In this document: piece by piece, positions 25,301-34,169 of the stretch | Numbering within the stretch: position 1 is the first letter of the stretch | Layout: every line of letters begins with the position of its first letter | Origin: Oikopleura dioica | Lineage: Eukaryota > Animalia > Chordata | Direction: 5' to 3' | Assembly (NCBI GenBank): GCA_907165135.1 | Contig: OU015570.1 | Coordinates: 1,240,001-1,304,000, forward strand | DNA: 64,000 bases | The notes under the pieces: generated by a model | The model's input: the letters and a program-made list of their open reading frames with translations, nothing else | Told to the model about the DNA's origin: nothing | Databases searched by the model: none | Position numbers and translations under genes: made by a program

Positions 25301-28300
25301 TTGTCGTAACTGAAGGCCATCTTGTGGGCATCAGCTTCATGAATGAGCACTTGCCAATATCCACGAAAGAAATCGACTGAACTAATGTAGCATTCTTTAC
25401 CAGTGAGTTTCTTTCCAATGGACGTAAAAACACTTTGCATACTCGGCAATGGAAAGCGATCTTTCACCAACAGCTCATTGATCATTCGCGCATCCAAGGA
25501 AACTCTAATTGAATCATCGTTTTTACGTAGTATAATGAGCGGAATATTAAACGCTGATTGTGTTTCTTGAATGACAGTGAGCTGCTTCCAGTTTTCCATC
25601 TGATTACTGACTTTTGGAACTAGGTGTATTGGAATTTTCCGAGGTGGTTGGTGTGCCGATTTCGTTTCGTCATACAGTGGGAGCGAATATCTGAAACCAA
25701 AGAGTCGACCAAGATCGTTTGTGTCCATGTTGAAGGAGAGTCGCCATTTGTGAGTTAAAGTTTCGAGCTGTTTCTTCTGTGTTGGATCAGCTGAGCCATA
25801 AGATCCAATTTGGGGAACAAAGTTTATTTGATAAGCTTTTTCCGATCGTAGTTTTACGAATTTTTCGTACTCTTCTTTTTCACGACCAGTTTCTTTATCA
25901 ATTTCGATCAAACCAGTTAGGAACATATCAGAGGAATTTGGATCAATTGTTGGAATAACCTTATTTTTGAGCGTAATTGAGTTTTCTTCGATTGTTATTC
26001 CTTTAAGGATATCCATCCCCAAGATGATCGGGCAAGATAGGTTTTGAACGATGAGCGGGTCCAACTTCAATTTAAGTGGCGAGGAGCTGGTTTCAAATTT
26101 GGCGTCGATTGGGGAGCTGAGCGTTTTCACATTGACGATTTCTGAGTTCGCACACTTGAGCTTTATTGAAGATGGGATTTGTTTGTTAATAGTAGACGGA
26201 AGGAGATCTAGGACGTCTGAGCGTAAACATGTCCTACTTGCGCCACTATCGATAAGGCAGGGAAATTTTAGTCCGTTGAGCTGAATGTTGACGAATTTAA
26301 GGGAGGCCGGTGCGAAAAGAGCACTTTCGCAAGTTTCAATGACTTTTGATAGTCATGCCTCTTTCTTGATAATCTTCTCGACTTCTTCTGGGACTGTTTC
26401 TGAATGGAGGTATTTGCATTTTTCGCCAAATCGGCATCGACCATTTCGAACAAAGGCGATGCAGTGTCCTTGGAGCTTGTCAGTAGGGATTCTCGGTCGT
26501 GTTTTCCGTTTTTTCTCTTTCACAGGTTCTTTGGCAGAAGCGACTATTTCTTTCAGCTGAGAGCAGAGCTGCGCCATTTCAGATTCTTTTCCATTATTTG
26601 AGCATTCAGCGGCGAAGATGTTTTCTCGTTTGTAGAAGCTACGTTCTAGTTCCATGGCACGTTGAGCGATATTTTGAAGATTGAGCAGAGATTTTTCTCG
26701 TCGTAGCAATTCGGCAAGTCGCGGATCCTGGCATTCGATAAATCGGTCACAAATAATTGACTCATCTGCAGCGTCAAGTACCAGCTTTCCGTATCCCTTT
26801 TTGAAGTATGCTTGAAGCTTCGTTACTGCCATTTGCTGAGTCTCTTGGCCTCTCTGGAACGAAGTGTAGAGATATTTAAAGTGTTCTTTATCTTTGCCGA
26901 GAACTTGGATGAGCTTTGTTTTGAAACTTTCCCAGTTCTTCTTCTCTTCTTCTGTAATGGCTTCAATCAAAGAGGTTCCACTTTCTTCCATAAGAATTTG
27001 AGATAGAGCGACGCTTATAAGATCTGCATCTGAAATTTTCGAGCATTTTCCATAGAGTTCCATGTTGACGATCCAATTTTCAACTGGTAGTTGCGAGTCG
27101 AACTTCGGGGTTTTCATATTTATTTGTCCAAAGGGCTTTGATTGATCCGGTGATGCTTCCTTCTTCTTCTGAGCAGGATCTGGTTTAGGAGCATTTTCGG
27201 TTTTTGGAGCAGAACCAGCTGGTTTAGAGTCAGAGTTTGGTGGTTGGAACTTTGTTTCCTTCTTTTCAGACTCCTCAATTCGAGCAAGAATTGAGTTCAG
27301 GTTATCCACAACAACGATTTCGTTGATTTTAGCTATATCAATTTTATGATCCGCCCGGGCAGTCTTCTGAACTGCTTCTTGAATGTTGTTCACATCGAAA
27401 TCCGGATCATATTCAAGCTTTTGGCCCGTTTTTCGAAAGAAATATTTCTTATCCATCGTGTCAAACAAGTCAGGCTGAATATCGAGCAAATTCAGGACAC
27501 ATCCAGACTTGTCAAATCGAGGAATAGGGAGCGGGTATTTTCGCCTCGGACTTTTGTCATAGATAAGCATAATTTCTTTCGCAGTCAAATCGACTACGAA
27601 CTTATAATAAAGTTCTCCCATGACACCGTTAAAATGGGCAAATGGTGTAACCTGTGATAACTTGAGTCAGCTCTTCGATAACCACGGTCTGTAGAGCGTC
27701 AGGATAATTTCAGCAGGAATTCTCTGTCTCTAGCTGGATTGTAGTTCCGTTTTCTTCAGTCACCAAAATATGTACGTGTTTCTCACAGTACATAAGTTGG
27801 ATAACTAATTGCGTTTATCGTATTCGCGAGCGGGAATACAAATAGTGAGCGACGAACGTTGTTAAAAAGAGCAAGTTTTATTGTGGTGTCTCTGAGTAAA
27901 AAGTAGTGTTGTGTGTGTGTGAACTGTGTCAGTGAGAAATAAGATCGTTTATATATGGTTTTCATAAACCGTGGTGAGTGACTTTTTCGTGAGTCGTGAG
28001 TTGATCCTAGTCCGTGGTGAACTGTGCTTTCGCGGTTGGCGGCGGAGCGTTTGCGCGTGGTGAAATGCGCTTCGCGAGTCGTGAATAGCGCTTTGCGGGT
28101 CGTGAACTGCGCGCGGCGCGGCGCGGTGAACTCAAGTGGCGGATGACTAATGAGAAACACTACAGAGGTCAACATCAGATAACAGGCTTGTTAGTTCGTA
28201 GGAGAATCAATATTTAACGGGATAATACCCGGTAGATACTGTACTACGAAGTTGAACTTTGAAATCAAGGAAGAGAACCATTGATCCAGGTCTTTTGCCA

Positions 28301-28888
28301 AAGCTTAGCTGTGAGTTGAACTCTTACTACAGTGACGTACAGACAGTATGACCAGGCTTTAGTTTGCCCTATCAATTTAGCGAAATGAGTGAACTTATTT
28401 GCGCACTAGCCAACACTTCTATTTCAAAGTTCAAGTGTATTTGACCAACCTATTTTGCTATCCACCTTCTTTCAGCTATTTCTCACGTGACTATCCATAC
28501 GGCCATCTATACAAGCAGACCATTCATTATTCATTTCAGAACGCTCATTTTAGTACTCGGAATGAAAAGTGCTTTCTTTCGATTTAAATAAACAGTGGAT
28601 CTTTTAGCTGAAGAAGCTGCACCAGCTGAGCCTGAAGCGATTTAAGTAAAGCCCGAGGAACCCGCCGCTGAGGAGGAAGAAGAGGCACCAGCACCAGCTG
28701 CCTCTCCTGAGCCAACGGAAGCCACCCCTGAGGCTGAGGCTGAGCCAGAAAAGGAAGCAACTCCTGAGGCCGAGGAAGCCCCAGCCAAGGAAGACTCCCC
28801 AGCACCCGCCAAAGAGGCCCCTGCAGAGGAGGAAGCCGCCCCAGAAGCCGCAGAAGAGCCAGCCCAGGAGGAAAGCAATGATGAATAA
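19379..28888 (+). CDS. Two-exon gene for an N-acylated acidic Glu/Ala/Pro-rich protein (GAP43/BASP1/MARCKS-like composition), with an in-frame TAA at 28643
   Basis: Exon 19379-19445 MGCNGSKSAEVTENQKPEEQPK|GT joins in phase to AG|28608 AEEAAPAEPEAI*VKPEEPAAEEEEEAPAP...NDE*. The 9.1-kb intron holds the LTR element. Confidence 0.7.
19527..20615 (-). repeat. 3' LTR, split by a pogo-like MITE
   Basis: 20 bp + 374 bp = 394 bp, matching the 5' LTR once the MITE and one TA are removed. Confidence 0.93.
19547..20239 (+). mobile_element. pogo/Tigger-like internally deleted DNA transposon, copy 1 (693 bp)
   Basis: TA TSD; 24-bp TIR CCGTGGTTT(A/T)CC(A/G)TTTTAAGAGCG; transposase C-terminal remnant (IFKRSWINTGL). 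Confidence 0.85.
20618..21309 (+). mobile_element. pogo/Tigger-like element, copy 2 (692 bp), at the PPT/LTR junction
   Basis: Near-identical to copy 1 (one poly-A length difference noticed); TA TSD. Confidence 0.85.
21331..22050 (-). CDS. 3' accessory ORF of the Tor-like element (~230 aa, no transmembrane segment evident)
   Basis: Open frame between pol and the PPT. Acidic/Pro/Gln tail; no signal peptide or hydrophobic anchor seen. Confidence 0.55.
   Translation of the reverse strand: MFLSCKLLSRREMPTNLETDIFHLQRCCIKRRYQQFALNFVMGIKIPIVEEIDCEKTLVIRELLEEIEVSIKEKTNWFQILTQKSLNLSTIDSNLKCLLIFSCKCLILTAQGANPETRNSIVSEYARKWAKQRSVWRRLENIEISDLRILKSEVTFIIHEHLKHLGLRDSRTNTSAYSEIQFIEEVNDVPVGPAQQPLVDSPVNQNDPFATITAYGQNILDEILDSQTQDIPLPERQTI
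22212..22556 (-). CDS. Small Cys-rich basic ORF in the 3' region of the Tor-like element
   Basis: CSCQSPYSKICSCRILPAQMERCESPCSKRGKRRNVNCSFARKC; non-ATG start. Confidence 0.35.
   Translation of the reverse strand: MRRTSADVGNVCSCQSPYSKICSCRILPAQMERCESPCSKRGKRRNVNCSFARKCSIAHLVFQKAPARARSRESKSMKMAVQTEKNIPARCNTRNLPRQDKRDPSSHPCHIPPT
22813..26352 (-). CDS. pol: Pol polyprotein (aspartic protease, RT, RNase H, integrase)
   Basis: The frame opens right after the gag stop: LIDSGAS protease, YLDD RT, LVTDSS RNase H, HxxxAH..CETC zinc finger, IDLVD/SDNG/ERIH integrase. Confidence 0.96.
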   Translation of the reverse strand, partial: LSKVIETCESALFAPASLKFVNIQLNGLKFPCLIDSGASRTCLRSDVLDLLPSTINKQIPSSIKLKCANSEIVNVKTLSSPIDAKFETSSSPLKLKLDPLIVQNLSCPIILGMDILKGITIEENSITLKNKVIPTIDPNSSDMFLTGLIEIDKETGREKEEYEKFVKLRSEKAYQINFVPQIGSYGSADPTQKKQLETLTHKWRLSFNMDTNDLGRLFGFRYSLPLYDETKSAHQPPRKIPIHLVPKVSNQMENWKQLTVIQETQSAFNIPLIILRKNDDSIRVSLDARMINELLVKDRFPLPSMQSVFTSIGKKLTGKECYISSVDFFRGYWQVLIHEADAHKMAFSYDNRHYQANRMLYGSCNAPACFSRIMNKLMQHDSILLYLDDLIVIDNNWENHLEALEFVFKTCYEHGLVLNAAKCKLASTELDFLGHRITADGIKPLRKHLEAIEKMKPPTDKAELKRYLGMVNFNVKFIKRGSEILSPLYRLTSAKAKFEWSDIQQKAFDTVKSELLKEPTLAHFKPGCKLVLVTDSSGYAVGGTLNQVQNDRFAPLGYFSKALSGPDLKRPMRIKELFALCWGIQFFEYYLINCEFDCYVDHKSLLYLFRESRKQKLDIKLCNVHNYLLAFNFTIIHKSGSSPEMASADFFSRLPKSKSSDLERDSENFFDVDETIFALSTLTTSDVIFSFENRSFTAEEMATAQDACSVTRNLRVKAKLNKSPKRLMLKNDVLYSNNRLVLPSAVADEFISYLHSLTAHAGSQQLLQMLRKFFISNIQQKVRAITSSCETCIRLKPFKQMRPSLIKDRQFAQLPFEKVHIDLVDYGRPDQAGKRYLLTVVDSLSGYLDGEPLSNKSDNLVAKALLRIILRHGISENCISDNGKEFGPKTTAILDRFEIRRSTTSAYYSKSNGKCERIHREIHQKLKNQLATNRTWSDYWPMVQYFLNNTPKGSLDGLSSNEVVYGRQFHVPYSLKEPITENIQPFIRGLNSYFKKLHPALLNFQVQRYQSLLKRDKNNCPVLMIGTNVLCWKPDPYSGKLGLSWSGPFKVHRRLSKDSYILKCPLTRKEYRRNISLIRPLKVKTEDDKTQLICSDKPQNDFKPEKIQAQKSAPCSKHTEVQDPKQAKSSKSALKDEEAQAHNPCSEAPASTVNDRLLINQKDKKDSIWKDRLRSRQKQ
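26311..26355 (-). promoter_or_regulatory. Putative stop-codon readthrough signal: UGA-CUA plus a downstream 8-bp stem-loop
   Basis: Minus strand reads GCA TGA CTA TCA ... TGCGAAAG-TGCTC-TTTTCGCA. 74 open codons link the stop to the annotated pol ORF. Confidence 0.65.
26353..27621 (-). CDS. gag: Gag (422 aa) with a C-terminal CCCH zinc finger
   Basis: Capsid-like region (KTPKFDSQLPVENW...) and CIAFVRNGRCRFGEKCKYLH (C-x8-C-x5-C-x3-H). Ends in TGA in frame with pol. Confidence 0.9.
   Translation of the reverse strand: MGELYYKFVVDLTAKEIMLIYDKSPRRKYPLPIPRFDKSGCVLNLLDIQPDLFDTMDKKYFFRKTGQKLEYDPDFDVNNIQEAVQKTARADHKIDIAKINEIVVVDNLNSILARIEESEKKETKFQPPNSDSKPAGSAPKTENAPKPDPAQKKKEASPDQSKPFGQINMKTPKFDSQLPVENWIVNMELYGKCSKISDADLISVALSQILMEESGTSLIEAITEEEKKNWESFKTKLIQVLGKDKEHFKYLYTSFQRGQETQQMAVTKLQAYFKKGYGKLVLDAADESIICDRFIECQDPRLAELLRREKSLLNLQNIAQRAMELERSFYKRENIFAAECSNNGKESEMAQLCSQLKEIVASAKEPVKEKKRKTRPRIPTDKLQGHCIAFVRNGRCRFGEKCKYLHSETVPEEVEKIIKKEA
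27771..28164 (-). repeat. 5' LTR of the Tor-like element
   Basis: Matches 19527-19546 plus 20242-20615. Terminal inverted repeats TGTA(C)GTGTTTCTCA. Confidence 0.95.
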
Positions 28889-29261
28889 AGAAAAGACTCG
28901 GAAAACGTGAAAGCCAGACGTGAAAACTACTCGTAAAATATTTTTCAATGTAAGTCCAAAAATCCTTCATTTGTCATTCTAACAGTCGCCTTTTCAGATA
29001 TTCCCGCAAACCAGAAACCAAGAAAACATCAGAAAAAATTGTCACTGACTCGGAAAATTTTGTGCCTTCCTCCCTTTCTCCATTTCTCTATCTTTTTATC
29101 ACCTCTTTGCTCGCACTTTCTTAGCTAATCAAAACTGTATCAACAACATTTTTATATAAATAAAAAAATAGACTACAAACCTCCGTTTACGAAAATAATA
29201 TATATATTGTCAATATTGATAAATAAATAAATACAGTAAGAATGAAGCAAGAAAAAGAGGA

Positions 29262-30290
29262 TCAGTAGACGACATGGCGTGAGTTTCTGACGGGAGTGCT
29301 TCTTCTTGGCATTCTTGGCTGACCGCTTCGAAGTTGAGCTCGTTTTTTCTCGCGGTGAAGTTGGGTAAAGGATTTTGTCAACCAATCGAGTCCGTGTTCC
29401 AGGCCATCGCCGGTGATTGCACAGGAGGGTTGAACAAGCCAATTTACGTTTTGCATCGTGTCGAGGCCGAGAAACTCTGGCAAATCTTCTGGCGGCACTG
29501 CGTTTTTCGCGTCCTAGAAAGTTTGAGGGATGATTCTAGAGTGGTTTTGGGTACCTGTTTGTTGGCAAAGACGAGTACTTGGCTACAGTCTTTCATCGCG
29601 CGATCGTTCATAATTTTTATGAACTCTTTTCGAGCAACATCGTAACGTTCTTCGTCGGAAGAGTCGAATACAAAGATCACTCCCTAAAAGATATTTCTCA
29701 AATCAAGAAAAACTGCGTAAATGAAGTTTTCTTTATAAAAAGGAAATCATTCATTATCCAAGTCTTTCTTCCAAACAAAGGATTCTTTCAAGGAATCTTT
29801 CCAAAAAGGATTCCAAACTCTTTCTTTTACGTACTTTAGCAGATGTTAGCGCCATCTTGCCTCTTACCTACCTCGATCAAGATAAGATTTTAAACCGCTT
29901 CAAGCACCTGACTTGCTTTAAATTCCAGACTCTCTTTTCAACTCATAGGAGAGAAATTCTCTCTCAGAGAAAATTTGTCTATGAATGTAAAACTTGTAAT
30001 ACTTCTTCCTTTGTGAAGTCCTTTCTTACCTGAGTTCCAGGATAATAATGTCGCCAAAGTCGTCTGAGATGTTTCTTTCCGCCCAGATCCCAAATGTTCA
30101 TCGAGATTTGACCGTTTTGATTGGAGAACTCTTCAACGTTGAATCCGATCGTCGGCTCGGTCTTATACGTTTCATACATCTTCAGTCGGTAAAGAATCGT
30201 CGTTTTGCCGGACTCGTCGAGGCCGACCATCAAAACCCGGAACTTGTTCTTGCCTTTTTTGCTCAGCGTTTTTGCCGAAATGTTGCCCAT
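29262..30290 (-). CDS. ARF/ARL-family small GTPase, 3 exons (30290-30030, 29683-29555, 29513-29262)
   Basis: MGN myristoylation start, GLDESGKT P-loop, [29 protein letters not shown], basic C-terminal tail; GT-AG introns. Confidence 0.9.
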
Positions 30291-30851
30291 TTTAGTTTCT
30301 ATAAAAAAATTTAAAAAAGAAAACTTCAATGACGGTTTTACGGTTTGATTTAGTTTGCTCTGACCTGTAAGTCAGCTAAAACTCAACTGAGGAGTTGCTC
30401 GTTTTATCTTTCACAACAATCAGATGTTCTAGAGATCAAAAACGAAGCAAAACTCACAAAATTCATCAATGAACTCATATTGTTGAAATATGTTTCAAAT
30501 ATCTATATTTGATATCAAGGAAGAGAGCCTCAAAATACCAGTTTGATTTCCGAAATTAATCAAAATAAGGGTTAAACCAATTTATGGAACTGATTTAATT
30601 TCCCGGGTTTTGATTGGTCGGTAGGCCAAATACAGCAATTTTATTGGTAATCCAAAATCCCGTTCCACAAATTGGTTGAGTCCGAAAATAGAGTGAATTT
30701 TGTAAGGGAGAATATCCCTTACAATAGTGTCTGAGTGGAGAGAGCAGTATCCTGTTCTCAGTAACAGAGACATACCCGGTGTTTGGTCGCCGGAGGGCGC
30801 TAATTGAGTGAAAATGCTAGGCAAGAGTTGCTCTTGCCCGTAGCAAATGCC

Positions 30852-31600
30852 TGTGATCATTTCTGGTTACTTCCGGTAACTTCCGGTTCACTTCCGGTGA
30901 CGTCAGGTGACTTCCGGTTCACTTCCGGTTCACCTCTAAATCATTGCTATAAGTGTACATCCATTCATATACCTTACAAGAGCATAACTGAGCTAATGCT
31001 CACTTGAAACAGCGCCACCTGGTGCATGCTCTCGCGCCCCACCTAGTGTCAGTTCTCGAGCGCCACCTAGTTGACACTCAGGAATAGCTCTCTAGTGACC
31101 TCTAGTGGTGGCTCAGTTGCGCCACCTATGGTGAGCACAAAGCTTGAGATCTCATCCTGATTCATCAGTGACTGAGGATCGACTTCATTCGATGAAGGTC
31201 CTGGAACATTCTGGACACCCTTAATCACTATGACTCACGATTACGAAGGATGACATCATTTGGAGAATCTACTCGAATATTCCATCACTGTTCTAAGAAG
31301 CTTGAAGATTCATCTATCCCGATCAAGGAGCTTCTCGACTGTTCTTATTTTCCCTTTTCTGTACTATATAAAGCGTGCACCTTGCTGTTAGTTCATTATT
31401 ATAATTCAGTAGAATAAAACCGACAAAAAACAACTTGACTCTCTTTTATCCAGCAGAAACAAGCAGTACCCGAAGAAGCGACAGCAAGTGCAGCACCAAC
31501 CACTAGGACTCATAGAGTACTAGTGGACTAGAGAGACCCCCCAGAGATTCTTCTCCTTTATAAATTTATATTTTCAGTTATTATTAGACAATTGCAAGTT
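30852..31600 (+). promoter_or_regulatory. LTR-like regulatory block: tandem ACTTCCGG (ETS-type) sites, five CTCF-like motifs, TATA and AATAAA
   Basis: Repeated ACTTCCGG at 30860-30930. GCGCCACCTGGTG-like motifs at 31012, 31036, 31060, 31095 and 31119. TATATAAA at ~31365 and AATAAA at ~31412. Partly recopied at 35176-35860. Confidence 0.5.
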
Positions 31601-31985
31601 TCTTTTTGTTACGTAACGGATCGTTCGATGGGTACAAAATTTCGAAAGAAAGGTGTGCATTCCTGCCCCCTCTGCATTTTCTGTCACTTATTTTGTGAAC
31701 ATTGACCCTGACTCTCAGGCGTTTATCTTCTCATGAGAAGACTTCCAGATTGTGGGCGAAGACCTGTTGTATTTTATTTTTCTTTTCTCGTCAACGCGTG
31801 TTTCAGGTTCCGCCACGGTCTCAGCTAATCAGAAAAAACTCGGAACCTACCTTCGCTTCATAAATGGGAGGGCGCAGCGCTTAATCAACTCATTTTTAAT
31901 TAACTTTCAACTTTTTCCAAGAAACACTTTCTTTCGATTTTATAGAGATGGGTTTTCCGGTCGATGTTCCTATGGACCATAGGCT

Positions 31986-33485
31986 ATGGTAAGAAAAGAT
32001 GCTCTAACTTGGCCTCTATCAGTCATTTCAGCCAAGTACGATGGAAGATTTAGTAGCAGGGATCAATATGTTGATTGCAAAAGATGCTTCGCCAGAAGTT
32101 ATGGTCCAGTACTTTCAGAATTACAAGAATGATGATTGGAAGAAATATGCAATGTGGGATCCTTACAGGTAGTTTTCGATCGATTACAGTACTGCAAACA
32201 GCTCTGAAAGGGTTCAATTTACAAATTTATTGGCGTTCTGCCTTATAAAATCCATCAAAAAAGGCATATTTTTGAAGATAAATATGACTTTGTTGAGTTG
32301 AAATCTCAAAATTAAACTTCAAACTCAAAGAATTCTAGATACACTCGAAATTTAATCGAAGAAGTCGACGGAAAATACTCATTGATCCTCCTCTGCTGGC
32401 CCGAATCCAACGCCAGCGCCATCCACGACCACCCAAACTCCGACTGCATCATGAAGTGCCTCTCTGGAACTGTCAAAGAAACCCGCTTCGCCTGGCCAGA
32501 AAAGAAGAAAACGAAAATGACGGAAACTGGCTACACTGTAGGAACAGAGGGAGATGTTATTCACATAAATGGTGAGTTGAATTCTGGATCAGACTGGACC
32601 ACAAGGGGCCTGGAGGGATCACCTGACCAAGTTAACAATTTCCACTTTGGAGGTGGGGCAGGAGGCTCGGCTCGCAGCCTATTGCGTAATCGTAATAATG
32701 CAACATTATGCATTTCCGTGAGATAAACTCACATGGCCGAAAACATCACGTGGAAGCATAATCGCTACGGGGAAATTTGCGTCACAAATAACATTTTGGA
32801 ATAAAAACATCTTGCTCAATCATTTTTGATGGGTGGGGCGGATGAGTTCAAATCGACCTCATAATAATTTAGACGGAAGAAATAAATCATTAAAATAAAA
32901 TTACTCAAAAAGGGCGGGGCGTCACGTGTTGTCCAAAAATCAAAGATTGTTTCAGATGACCTGGGACTCCACCGCGTTGAAAATCCTTCATCTTCAGAAG
33001 GCGCTGTTACTCTCCACTTCTACTTTCCCTGCATTCATGAATGTCTTGTTTTCGACGAAGAAACTGGCAAGGCTCGACGAGTAAAGATGACCTACACTTC
33101 CATCCGAGGCGTCAAGCAGACTCCACAACAGAAGTTTCTCCCGTCGTCCTATGCCCATTTTTTTGAGGAATTGTCCAACTTTGTTAATTTGAACAACTGT
33201 CTGGTCAGCGATATTGGCAAGAGCGGAGCCAGTGGTGGTTTGTTCGCGGTGCTTCATCGCGCCGAAAACCCTCTCGCAGAAGCGGTTCGACGTTTCGTAC
33301 TTTCCTTTGAGAGTAAGAGAGTTCATCTGATTGAAATCTTTGAGAAGCTTCTTCTTTGCATCTGTCAGACAGTGTCGAATTGTTCCATTAAGATCAGCTC
33401 GAAGTTCGGTAGTTCTGGGCATCTTTTGAATCTCGCGAAGTTTTCTATAAATTCAATTATTAATCGTGTTTTTTTTTTATTTTGA
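31986..33485 (+). CDS. CDO1: Cysteine dioxygenase type 1, copy 1 (4 exons; stop lost, ~106-aa extension)
   Basis: Exons 31986-31988, 32023-32168, 32339-32571 and from 32956. WKKYAMWDPYRYTRNL, IHDHPNSDC, LGLHRVEN, AVTLHFY retain the His triad and the Cys/Tyr crosslink residues. Confidence 0.92.
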
Positions 33486-34169
33486 AGAATAAATTGGGGA
33501 CCCCCATTTGGGGTACCCAAAAAATTTTTTTTTATTGAAGAATAATTGGGGTACCCAAAAATTTTTTTTATTGAACAATAATTGGGTTACCCAAAAATTA
33601 TTTTAGAAGAATAAATTGGGGGTCCCAAAAATAGCGACTCACTTGAAGTATTTGGAGTCCTTGTATTCTTCGACGACCAGATCAACAAGCTTGTCGTAGG
33701 GCTCATCTGATTCGACTGGCTTGTCCAAAGTATCCAAACATGATTTCATTTGAGTGCAAACGTCTTCGATCGTGCTCTCGATTCTCTCAGATGCTCTGAG
33801 AACCGGACCTGAGAACGAAGCCCAAATCCAAGGAGTCATTGAGGTGACAAGAATTGCGAGCTGTTTGTCCTCTAGAAGATGTAGAAGTTCTGATCCCCTT
33901 TTGCTCTCAGGAAAATTGCGAAGAACGGCCAAAGTCACGTCCCTATAGAGCAAGAGCGCCTCTGCATTTGTCTTAGAACTTCCGATTCTCGATCCCATAT
34001 CTGTGCAAAACGGCTTCTTCGACGAGTTTTCTCCAAGCTTCTCATTTAAGTCATCAAGCCTAAAAGAAACCATAAGAAAACGAAAAAAATTTACATGTAA
34101 CAACTGCAATGAGTACCGGAAATCCCTAGATTTTAGCATCGAACCACTTGGTTTTGTCACCTTATGCAC
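32994..34169 (-). CDS. Unknown multi-exon gene convergent with and overlapping CDO, copy 1
   Basis: Exon ...SKYFK|GT spliced to AG|KLREIQKMPRTTEL...; ORFs 33639-34169 and 32994-33422. Confidence 0.6.
33490..33635. repeat. Intronic ~38-bp minisatellite with palindromic TTGGGGTACCCAA cores (duplicated at ~37755-37900)
   Basis: Four to five imperfect units seen directly. Confidence 0.8.

Larger units (their letters stand above)
19527..28164 (-). mobile_element. Full-length Ty3/gypsy (Tor-like) LTR retrotransposon
   Basis: 394-bp LTRs (TGTAG...GTACA on minus), 4-bp TSD GAGG (19523-19526, 28165-28168), PBS-like TGGTGACTGA, PPT GGAGGAGGAAT, gag and PR-RT-RH-IN. Confidence 0.96.

Noticed and set aside
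26353-26355. Selenocysteine insertion at the gag UGA
   Set aside because: No SECIS could be identified by eye and the position is not a catalytic Cys site. Ordinary readthrough fits better.
27783-28175. 130-142-aa ORF in the LTRs (also 20183-20611)
   Set aside because: Lies wholly in low-complexity LTR sequence; its conservation just reflects LTR identity.
28584-28970. Hydrophobic minus-strand ORFs resembling membrane proteins
   Set aside because: Antisense shadows of the plus-strand Glu/Ala/Pro-rich exon. The same applies to 58427-58855.
30582-30860. 92-aa minus-strand ORF as a gene
   Set aside because: No recognisable motif or splice support; lies in a repeat-like flank.
32574-32726. C-terminal half of ORF 32382-32726 as part of CDO
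   Set aside because: It is intron read-through after the GT donor at 32572. CDO homology resumes at 32956.
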